Below are positions 47,396 through 55,597 of a stretch of 64,000 bases of DNA, piece after piece. The notes under the pieces were generated by a model that was given only the letters and a program-made list of their open reading frames with translations, made no database searches and was not told where the DNA came from. Numbering within the stretch: the first letter of the stretch is position 1; each line of letters opens with the position of its first letter. The DNA comes from Bacillota bacterium (lineage in GTDB: Bacteria; Bacillota; Dehalobacteriia; UBA4068): assembly GCA_031553915.1 (NCBI GenBank), contig JAVBKT010000009.1, positions 12,520 through 76,519 on the forward strand, in the 5' to 3' direction. A program made the position numbers and the translations under genes.

Positions 47396-47464
47396 ACAAT
47401 AGTTATACCTAAATAAGATTTTATCCAAACCTGTCTTTTGCGCTCACAATCGCAGGTTGCCCAA

Positions 47465-47496
47465 TAAAAAAACGTCTCCGCTATGGAGGCGTTTTT
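47465..47496 (+). terminator. Terminator (aaaaaacgtctcc / ggaggcgttttt)
   Basis: Stem with T-run after the flavodoxin gene. Confidence 0.7.
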
Positions 47497-47521
47497 CATT
47501 AGTTAGTAAATGCGCTTTTGG

Positions 47522-48142
47522 CTATTCTTTATCATCCTTGACCAAATAAATGCTGCCAACGGAGATCAAAGACACCAGATATTTAATGATCAAATTGGCA
47601 ATAAACATCGCTGCCAAAACCGAGAAATCATAGCGGCCCAAAAAGGCGATCAGCAGAAAACACGCTGTATCAATTGGTACGGAGATGGCATTGGAAAAGA
47701 GCACTCTCAGCCATTGCTTTTTGCTGCCAAAGCGCTTGCGCACTGCGGAATAAACGCGGGTATCAATCAACTCCGCCACAGTCATGGCGATGATTGATGC
47801 CAGCACCAAGCGTATACCCGGGGCCAAAACCAGCGCATATTCGCTTTGCAGGCCCACTGCCATATCCGGCGGCAGGACGCCGATGAGCCACACAAAGCCA
47901 AACAGCAGCAGATTTACCCCGGCTGTCAGCCAAATGGTGAAGCGGGTCAGCTGCGCGCCTGCTTTTTTGTGCAGCATATCGCGCATGGTAAAGGTAAACG
48001 GGTATAAAAGCGTGCCGCCATCCACTGCCAGGCCAAAAATGCTGATGACCTTTAAGGAACCAAGGTTGGCAAAAATGACCAGGCTTAAATACATGGCAGC
48101 TACAGCAATTATAACCTTCATTTGTTTCATGTCCATGCGCAT
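47522..48142 (-). CDS. YhhQ/DUF165-family queuosine-precursor (vitamin uptake) transporter-like membrane protein
   Basis: 6-TM protein with LYPFTFTMRDMLH, which resembles the VUT/YhhQ signature. Confidence 0.55.
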   Translation of the reverse strand: MRMDMKQMKVIIAVAAMYLSLVIFANLGSLKVISIFGLAVDGGTLLYPFTFTMRDMLHKKAGAQLTRFTIWLTAGVNLLLFGFVWLIGVLPPDMAVGLQSEYALVLAPGIRLVLASIIAMTVAELIDTRVYSAVRKRFGSKKQWLRVLFSNAISVPIDTACFLLIAFLGRYDFSVLAAMFIANLIIKYLVSLISVGSIYLVKDDKE

Positions 48143-48309
48143 TATTATAGCATAAAAGTGTTCTCCTGCAAATAGACTATGAGAAAAGCAATAGCTGCTG
48201 AAAAAAGATTTTTTTCGACAAAAAGGATAGTACAGCTATTATAGCGAACCGAATAAATACGGACATAATATATCTGTCCTCACAATAGATAAAAAATGGA
48301 GTCAAATTT

Positions 48310-49683
48310 GTGGCCTTTTTCAAAAATAAATTAAGTAAAACCGAATTTGCCTGGGCCATGTATGACTGGGCAAATTCAGTTTATGCCACTATTATCATGG
48401 CCGCGCTCTTCCCTATTTATTTTACTGCCAAAGCAACAGAAGCAGGCGCTGCCGGTGACGTGGTTTGGGGTTACGGAACCTCTATTGCCACCCTGATTGT
48501 GGTCTTTTTGGCTCCGGTTTTAGGATCGGTTGCTGATTTTCGGGGCATGAAAAAACGCCTGCTGATCATAACTATAGCCATCGGCTGTCTGTTTACGCTC
48601 ACCATGGCCATTTTCGATATCTGGCAGCTGATGCTGGTCGGCTATGTGATTTCTTATATTGGCTTTTCTTTAAGCTGCCTCTTTTATGATAGTTTTCTCA
48701 CTGATGTCACCAGCAGAGAGCGGATGGATATGGTATCTGCCACTGGCTTTGCTCTTGGCTATGTCGGCGGCAGCACTGTGCCTTTTGTCATTGCAGCCCT
48801 TTTGCTGCTTTTTTCCAATAAGCTGCATATCACCACTGATACGGTGATGAAAATGTCTATTGTTATGGCCTCTCTTTGGTGGGCCGTTTTCTCCATCCCG
48901 ATTATCCGCCGGGTGGAGCAAAAGCACTATATTGAGCGCCCTGCCGGCAGCATTGTCAAATCGGTATGGAAAAACCTGGTCAAAACAGCTAAGGATATAG
49001 GCCAAAACCGCGCCTTGTTGCTGTTTATGCTGGCTTATTTTTTCTATATTGACGGCGTGGGTACCGTGATTCGCATGGCAACCTCATATGGGACAATCCT
49101 CGGGCTGGATTCTGTACGCATGTTGCTGGCCTTGATGATAACGCAGCTGGTGGCAGTGCCATGCTCTCTCGGCTTTGCTGCTTTGGCCAAAAAAGCTGGC
49201 GCCAGGAAAACTTTACTGCTGGGCCTTAGCGTTTATATTTGCGTCTGTTTGCTGGGCTTTTATATGGGCTATTCCTTGGAAAACGCAGAGATAGCCGCGG
49301 CTAAAGCCTATAGCCTGGGCGGAGAAGAGGCTTATGCGGCAATTTATAATCCCGCCTTGAAACTTTCGCAAAGCCTCTTTTGGCTGCTATCCTTTTTGGT
49401 GGGAACCTGTCAGGGCGGGATCCAGGCCCTGTCCCGCTCTCAGTTTGGCAAAATGATTCCGCCGGAGCGCAGCAATGAATTTTTTGGCTTCTTTGATATC
49501 TTTGGCAAATTTGCTACGATGATGGGGCCTTTTCTCTATGCCTTTTTAACTACACTGAGCGGACGCTCTTCTGTTGGCATACTCAGCCTGATCATCCTCT
49601 TTGCTATTGGCGCAGGAATACTGGCCTTTGTCCCTAAGGGTGCTTTTTCGCAGCAATACCCGCCAAAAGAGACAGGCGAATAA
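48310..49683 (+). CDS. MFS transporter, UMF1 (Atg22-like) family
   Basis: The N-terminus WAMYDWANSVYAT matches the UMF1 signature WxxYDWANSAF. 12 TM helices. Confidence 0.7.
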   Translation: MAFFKNKLSKTEFAWAMYDWANSVYATIIMAALFPIYFTAKATEAGAAGDVVWGYGTSIATLIVVFLAPVLGSVADFRGMKKRLLIITIAIGCLFTLTMAIFDIWQLMLVGYVISYIGFSLSCLFYDSFLTDVTSRERMDMVSATGFALGYVGGSTVPFVIAALLLLFSNKLHITTDTVMKMSIVMASLWWAVFSIPIIRRVEQKHYIERPAGSIVKSVWKNLVKTAKDIGQNRALLLFMLAYFFYIDGVGTVIRMATSYGTILGLDSVRMLLALMITQLVAVPCSLGFAALAKKAGARKTLLLGLSVYICVCLLGFYMGYSLENAEIAAAKAYSLGGEEAYAAIYNPALKLSQSLFWLLSFLVGTCQGGIQALSRSQFGKMIPPERSNEFFGFFDIFGKFATMMGPFLYAFLTTLSGRSSVGILSLIILFAIGAGILAFVPKGAFSQQYPPKETGE

Positions 49684-49921
49684 TGAGTAATGTGCATAGG
49701 GATATGAATCACTACTACTCAGGACAAGCGCAAGAGATTTATTGAAATAGGTTGACTGAAGAGAAAGAGATATCTGCTGTTTTCCCGGTGCAATTTATGT
49801 ATAATCCGTTACAACTGTCCATACTTGCTTCATTTAATGCTTGTTTTTATTTCCTCAGAGGCTAATTCATGATATAATTTTTTTGATATAAATCATCTTA
49901 CCTGTACTAAGGAGGATAATT

Positions 49922-51550
49922 ATGAAAAGATGGAAAAAAGGCCTACTTATTCTTGCTGCTATCAGTTTAGCAATTTTGCTCGTATCCTGCGGCGATAATT
50001 CTTCAAACACACCACCAGAAGGCGAGCTGCCCGCTGCGGCAAGCTCTGTTGAGCTGGCTACGCCAAGCGGACCTATCCTCGGAGTTAGCCTTGACGGGCT
50101 TAGCATCTATAAAGGCATCCCCTATGCTGAACCGCCGGAGCGGTTTGCTCCGCCGCAAACGGTTATTCCGTGGACAGAAACACTGGACTGCACCGAATTC
50201 GGCCCAACGGCAATACAGGCACGGACTTATGAGGGGCTGGAAATGTCGGAAGACTGCCTGACCTTGAATATTTGGACGCCCGCGCAAAGTGCAGATGAAA
50301 AATTGCCGGTCTATATCTGGATTCATGGCGGCGGTTTTGCGCAGGGGGCCGGTTCAGAGCCTACCTATGATGGCAGCAATTTTGCCAAAGACGGCATTGT
50401 CTTCGTCTCGATCAATTACCGGCTCAACGCATTGGGCTTTTTGGCAACTCAGGAAACATTTAATCAATATGGCACCACCGGCAACTGGGGAATTCTTGAC
50501 CAGATCAAGGCGCTGGAATGGGTGCAGCAAAATATTAGTGCCTTTGGTGGAGACCCGGGCAATGTGACCGTGGGCGGTGAATCCGCCGGCTCCTATTCCA
50601 CCTCCATGCTGATACAAAGCCCCTTGGCCGAGGGCCTATTTCAGCGGGCTATCATGGAAAGTGGCAGTATACTGGGCGTACCCGGTAATAGCCAATATGC
50701 CAAAGGCAATCTTGAGCGCAGCATTGCCATGGGGCAAGAGCTGGCCTTTACCTTTAACGCCAAGGATGATCAGGAAGGGCTCGGGAGGTTGCGCGCAGCT
50801 GACGCAAAAATATTCATGCAAATGAGCCCTTTGCATATGGATTTTACGATGATACCCTCTTTTATGATGACACCGGTCTTCGATGGCCATGTGGTACCCG
50901 AAGACATATATGGTGAACTGACAGCCGGAAACATCAACAATGTCGATTTGCTCTGGGGCTTCAATGCGGATGAGGGTTCCGTGTTTATTCCGGGAGATAA
51001 AAATGAAGAACAATATCAGATGCTGATCAGTAAAATGTTTGGTTATGACAATCTTGACGCAGTGCTGGAACGTTTCCCGGTCAATGATCAGAACAGCGCT
51101 ACCGCGCGCTGCCGGGAAATCCTCGCGCATGGTATGTTTAGCTCTGTGATGAAAACCTATGGCGATGCGCTGGCCAACAATGGTAACCAGGTATACGCCT
51201 ACTATTTCAGCTATGTCAGCCCGGCCAACGCGGAAAACGGTATGGGCGCGCATCATGGCAGCGAAATCGCCTATGCCTTTGGCAACCTGCCGCCTGACGC
51301 CACGCCGGAACAAAGGGCCTTGTCAGATGAATTGCACGCGCGCTGGGTCAATTTCATCAAAACCGGCGACCCCAATAATGGCGAGCTGCCGACTGAGATA
51401 GAGTGGCCGCAATATGATCCGCTCTCCGCTAATGTTCTGATTTTCGATCAGAAAGTCACTTCCGGAGAAATGCCCTTGAAAGCGGATATCGAATTTATGG
51501 AAGGGATCATGTTCGGCGAAACAGGCTATTATTTTGAACGTCAGCAATGA
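49922..51550 (+). CDS. Carboxylesterase type B (para-nitrobenzyl-esterase-like) lipoprotein
   Basis: Lipobox LLVSCGD, GESAGS nucleophile elbow and the type-B carboxylesterase N-terminal pattern. Confidence 0.85.
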   Translation: MKRWKKGLLILAAISLAILLVSCGDNSSNTPPEGELPAAASSVELATPSGPILGVSLDGLSIYKGIPYAEPPERFAPPQTVIPWTETLDCTEFGPTAIQARTYEGLEMSEDCLTLNIWTPAQSADEKLPVYIWIHGGGFAQGAGSEPTYDGSNFAKDGIVFVSINYRLNALGFLATQETFNQYGTTGNWGILDQIKALEWVQQNISAFGGDPGNVTVGGESAGSYSTSMLIQSPLAEGLFQRAIMESGSILGVPGNSQYAKGNLERSIAMGQELAFTFNAKDDQEGLGRLRAADAKIFMQMSPLHMDFTMIPSFMMTPVFDGHVVPEDIYGELTAGNINNVDLLWGFNADEGSVFIPGDKNEEQYQMLISKMFGYDNLDAVLERFPVNDQNSATARCREILAHGMFSSVMKTYGDALANNGNQVYAYYFSYVSPANAENGMGAHHGSEIAYAFGNLPPDATPEQRALSDELHARWVNFIKTGDPNNGELPTEIEWPQYDPLSANVLIFDQKVTSGEMPLKADIEFMEGIMFGETGYYFERQQ

Positions 51551-51570
51551 ACCCAAAACCGCTTACTGTA

Positions 51571-51599
51571 TTGCAGATATGTATTGAACAGTGTATAAT
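51571..51599 (+). promoter_or_regulatory. Candidate sigma-A promoter TTGCAG-N17-TATAAT for the PNPOx-MtnA-CPBP operon
   Basis: Hexamers and 17-nt spacing read from the sequence. Confidence 0.4.
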
Positions 51600-51632
51600 A
51601 ATGTCAATAAGCTGAGGAAAGGAAATCATATC

Positions 51633-52103
51633 ATGCAGAACAGAATGAAAACACATCCTCTCGCCAAAGAGCAGATTACTGCTTTGCTGAACAAGGCTGA
51701 TACCGGCGCTTTGGCTACTCTTAATGCCGACGGCAGCCCCTATCTTACCCCGGTACATTTTGCTTACCACGAGGGCAATATTTATATTCATGGCCTGAAT
51801 GCCGGGCAAAAAATTGAAAATATCCTGCGCAATCCAAATGTCAGCTTTACTGCCTGGGAAATGGAAGGCTATACCCTGCATCCCGAAGGCAAGCCTTGCG
51901 GCACTAATACCTCCTATCAAAGCGTGGTCATTGCCGGGGAAGCTAAATTGATTGATGATCTGGCAACAAAACGCGCTTTTCTCAAAGTAATTATTGCTAA
52001 ATACACCCCGGATCTGGTTAATAATGAGATGGCAGACAGCACTATCGAAAAAACAGCAGTAATTGAGCTGATTGTTAAAGAAATTACCGGCAAATATTAT
52101 TAG
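51633..52103 (+). CDS. Pyridoxamine 5'-phosphate oxidase family (NimA-like split-barrel) flavoprotein
   Basis: LAKEQITALLNKADTGALATLNADGSPYLTPVHF is a typical PNPOx-like N-terminus. Confidence 0.75.
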   Translation: MQNRMKTHPLAKEQITALLNKADTGALATLNADGSPYLTPVHFAYHEGNIYIHGLNAGQKIENILRNPNVSFTAWEMEGYTLHPEGKPCGTNTSYQSVVIAGEAKLIDDLATKRAFLKVIIAKYTPDLVNNEMADSTIEKTAVIELIVKEITGKYY

Positions 52104-52118
52104 GAGCGCTGCTCTTTC

Positions 52119-53126
52119 ATGGGCAAAATGAAATCAGTATTTCTCAATGATCACGACCAATTAACTATTATTGACCAGACCAAGCTGCCTGGCCAACTGG
52201 TCTTTCTCGTCCTTGACAGTAAAGCGGCTATTATTGACGCCATCGCCAAATTGCGGGTGCGCGGGGCGCCGGCCATTGGCATTGCCGCTGCTTATGGCGT
52301 CTATATCCTTGCCAAAAAGTATCCGAGCTTGGACAGGGCTAATTTTGTCCAGGCAATAAAGAGTGATATTGCCGAGCTGAGCGCTATCCGCCCGACAGCA
52401 ATAAATTTGGCCTGGGCGCTCGCGAGAATGGCCACAGCGCTTTCTGGTGAAAACGAGCGCAACCCTGAGCAAATGATTGCTGCTTTGAAGGCCGAAGCCA
52501 TTGCCATTGATCAAGAGGATGCGGCTATTTCCCGGCGCATTGCCGAGCTTGGCGCACCCCTGATTAGCAATAATATGGGCATACTCACCCACTGCAATGC
52601 CGGATGGCTGGCAACAAGCGAGCTGGGTACTGCTCTAGCCCCTCTTTATTTGGCCAAAGAGCAAGGCAAGACCTTTCGCGTCTATTGTGATGAAACGCGG
52701 CCGCTATTGCAGGGCGCACGTTTGACTGCCTACGAACTGATGGCGGCAGGGATTGACACCACCCTTATTTGCGATAATATGGCAGCCAGCCTGATGGCAG
52801 CTGGCCAGGTAGATATAGTCTTTGTCGGTGCGGACCGCATTGCCAAAAACGGCGATATTGCCAACAAAATAGGTACTTTATCACTGGCGATCAATGCAAA
52901 ATATTTTGGCATCCCTTTTTATGTTTGTGCGCCCAGCTCAACACTAGACCCCTTGACCGCAACTGGACAAGAGATCGTCATTGAACAGCGCAGCCCTGAG
53001 GAAGTGACAGAGCTATGGTATTGCGAGCCAATGGCGCCGCCAAAGACCCAGGTCTATAACCCTGCTTTTGACATTACGCCAAGAGAGCTGATTACCGGCA
53101 TCATTACTGAAACAGGTATTTTTTAG
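52119..53126 (+). CDS. mtnA: S-methyl-5-thioribose-1-phosphate isomerase (eIF-2B alpha/beta/delta family)
   Basis: HCNAGWLAT, GTALAP and VYCDETRPLLQGARLTAYEL motifs. Confidence 0.85.
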   Translation: MGKMKSVFLNDHDQLTIIDQTKLPGQLVFLVLDSKAAIIDAIAKLRVRGAPAIGIAAAYGVYILAKKYPSLDRANFVQAIKSDIAELSAIRPTAINLAWALARMATALSGENERNPEQMIAALKAEAIAIDQEDAAISRRIAELGAPLISNNMGILTHCNAGWLATSELGTALAPLYLAKEQGKTFRVYCDETRPLLQGARLTAYELMAAGIDTTLICDNMAASLMAAGQVDIVFVGADRIAKNGDIANKIGTLSLAINAKYFGIPFYVCAPSSTLDPLTATGQEIVIEQRSPEEVTELWYCEPMAPPKTQVYNPAFDITPRELITGIITETGIF

Positions 53127-53137
53127 GAGGAGCAAAT

Positions 53138-53866
53138 ATGCGCATGACTTTCCGTAATACCTCAACCCTATCTTTGATTCTCTCCACTGTTATTGTTCTG
53201 GCTCTTGCCAGCGCTGCTTATTATTTGCTGGTTATCTTGCCCAATGAGAGCTGGACAGGGCTATTCCCCATCGTTTTTCAGTGGATTGATCTGCTGTTTT
53301 TGCTGATAGGTGGCGGCAGCCTGGCCCTGTTAATGATGCTTTTTGTGCGGCTGGTGCCGTCTGCTGATTATTTTTATAGTGACTCCGTGCGGCTGCTGGC
53401 AGATAAATTGCCTTTGGGGTGGGGAGCTGTTTTCTTTTTGCTTAATGCTTTTGCCGAAGAAGTGCTGTTCCGCGGCGCCATTCAAGAGTGGCTGGGTCTG
53501 ATCCCGGCGGCCTTGATTTTCACCGTGGTGCATGTCGCCTATTATAAAAAGCCCTTGATGCTGCTCTATGTTTTGGGTACCGGCCTGCTTTTGGGTTTAG
53601 TGTATCTTTGCTCCGGCTCTTTATGGATTTGTACGCTCTCCCACGCTTTTGTCAATTGGCTGACCATTTGGATGATTAAACGCGGCGCTATTGCCTATCG
53701 CCCCAGCGAGACAAAAATTGATGAGGCCAAAGAGGAAGACCCGGCTGACGAGCTGGTCAAAGAACAAAGCTCAGAACAAGCGCGGCAAACTGCGCTGGAT
53801 GATACCGCCAACGAGGACGCAGCTTTGCCGGATGAAGCTCCAGAGAAAACCGCTGACAGCGAGTAA
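53138..53866 (+). CDS. CPBP (CAAX) family intramembrane metalloprotease with an acidic C-terminal tail
   Basis: EEVLFRG (EExxxR) motif, plus HVAYY and SHAFVNW motifs. Confidence 0.8.
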   Translation: MRMTFRNTSTLSLILSTVIVLALASAAYYLLVILPNESWTGLFPIVFQWIDLLFLLIGGGSLALLMMLFVRLVPSADYFYSDSVRLLADKLPLGWGAVFFLLNAFAEEVLFRGAIQEWLGLIPAALIFTVVHVAYYKKPLMLLYVLGTGLLLGLVYLCSGSLWICTLSHAFVNWLTIWMIKRGAIAYRPSETKIDEAKEEDPADELVKEQSSEQARQTALDDTANEDAALPDEAPEKTADSE

Positions 53867-53891
53867 AAATATATACCTGAATAAAGACTAT

Positions 53892-53926
53892 AAAAAAAGA
53901 ACAAGTGATAACTTGTTCTTTTTTTC
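53892..53926. terminator. Bidirectional terminator (aaaaaaagaacaagt / acttgttcttttttt)
   Basis: Perfect 15-bp stem. Confidence 0.8.
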
Positions 53927-53953
53927 ATAATCTAATCGTCCAAATAATAAAGC

Positions 53954-55171
53954 TTATTCCCGGACCAGCGCCATGCTCATACAACGCGGGCCGCCACGGC
54001 CCCGCACCAGTTCGCTGCCCTCAATTTCCAGCGTCTCAATGCCTGCTTCACGCAAGCAACGGTTAGTAGCCTCATTGCGGTTATAAACAACCACCCGCCC
54101 CGGAGCAATACAAAGAGTATTGGCAGCATCATTCCACTGTTCACGGGCAGCAACACGGCTATTGCCGCCGCCGCTCAAAATCATCCGTACATCAGGCAGG
54201 CCCAGAGCGCTGCTCAATGCCTTGCGCAAGCTTTCATGCTGCTTGAACTGTAGGCAGCCGGTTTCCTCTCCTTCGGCACGGGTCATTTCCACAACAATGC
54301 ACTCATCAATCACCTTAGGATAAATAACAAAGGACTCCCTATCCACCATGGTCATAACTGTATCAAGATGCATAAAAGCACGCACCGGCGGCAGCTGTAC
54401 TGCTAAAACCTTACTAAAACCACTATGCATATTCAAAATCTGCCTGGCTAAATATTCTACTGTATGAAAAGTAGTGCGCTGAGAAATGCCTATTGCCACC
54501 ACTTTTTCCGAAAGCACAAGAATATCTCCGCCCTCGATATGCATATGATAGCGGTCAGGATTATAGAGCAATCTTGTGCCGGTAAAGCAACTATGGTGAT
54601 GCAAAACCAAGTGTATCAGCACGCCTTCACGGCGGCGCGCTTTGGTGCTCATATAACAAGGCACCATGGACGAGCCTATCGCCGCTGCCGGATCGCGCAT
54701 AAAATACATATTCGGCAAAGGATTGAGCAGATGCGTTCTATCCATAGGCAGATAATCAGCTAAAGTTTCTTTTTGTATCGCAACATCTTCCGGGTAAACC
54801 CCGCAGATGGCATATGCTGTCTTTAGCTCCGGCCTGCTGGTCATAAACATCTCGCGAAAACGGCGCATTTCCTGCCGGTCACGCCGGATTTCATTATGGA
54901 TCAGCTCATCAACAAATTTCTCTGATACTTCTTTGATCGAAAACACATCACGCAGGAAATCTTCCACATAGACGACATCTACTCCCTCTTTGCGCAAGAG
55001 GTCAGCAAAAGCGTCATGCTCTTCCCTCATTCTGGCAACCCAGGGAATATCATCAAAAAGCATTTCTTCCATCTGGCGCGGGACAAAATGCTCCATTTCT
55101 AAGCCCGGGCGGTGCAGCATCACACGTTTAAGCCGGCCTGTTTCACTTTTTACAGAGACATAACTTCCCAT
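53954..55171 (-). CDS. arcA: Arginine deiminase
   Basis: About 405 aa with the ADI family pattern and C-terminal catalytic GGPRCMSM. The start was chosen after the AAAAGGAGG SD. Confidence 0.9.
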   Translation of the reverse strand: MGSYVSVKSETGRLKRVMLHRPGLEMEHFVPRQMEEMLFDDIPWVARMREEHDAFADLLRKEGVDVVYVEDFLRDVFSIKEVSEKFVDELIHNEIRRDRQEMRRFREMFMTSRPELKTAYAICGVYPEDVAIQKETLADYLPMDRTHLLNPLPNMYFMRDPAAAIGSSMVPCYMSTKARRREGVLIHLVLHHHSCFTGTRLLYNPDRYHMHIEGGDILVLSEKVVAIGISQRTTFHTVEYLARQILNMHSGFSKVLAVQLPPVRAFMHLDTVMTMVDRESFVIYPKVIDECIVVEMTRAEGEETGCLQFKQHESLRKALSSALGLPDVRMILSGGGNSRVAAREQWNDAANTLCIAPGRVVVYNRNEATNRCLREAGIETLEIEGSELVRGRGGPRCMSMALVRE

Positions 55172-55537
55172 AGATAGCCTCCTTTTAGGTTTTAAGTGCG
55201 GCAGCAAGTATCTGCCTCAAGGGGGCAAAATTTGCTCTATTTAGTTTTCTATACAATCAATTTTTTATTCTCATTATTAAAAAGAATAAAAACAAATTAC
55301 ACTCAGATTTTTATCTTTAAAGAAGAATTAACTTCTCAATTATCCTGAATAAAAGTATACATATTATACTAAGATAAGTTGTTTTTTGCAAGTGTCTATT
55401 TAGTGTTTATTGTAAGAGAGCCAGTCATTATTAATATAAACCGCTGCTCCGCGCCATAGAAGTTTGATAATCGTTTTTCATGGCGATATTTTTCATAAAC
55501 ACTGCTCTGCTTGATAATCAGTTTTGCTTATATTTAT

Positions 55538-55577
55538 AAAAAAGAAGTAAGATGTAAACATCTTACTTCTTTTTTAT
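55538..55577. terminator. Bidirectional terminator (gaagtaagatg / catcttacttc plus TTTTTT)
   Basis: Perfect 11-bp stem after the UPF0182 gene. Confidence 0.8.
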
Positions 55578-55597
55578 ATACGCGTTTTGCTTGCTAG

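Noticed and set aside
55346-55361. TGAATAAAAGTATACA upstream of arcA as an ArgR/AhrC ARG box
   Set aside because: Only the left half-site matches the TGAAT-W4-ATTCA consensus. It is a single copy about 175 bp upstream, in a very AT-rich region where such matches arise by chance.
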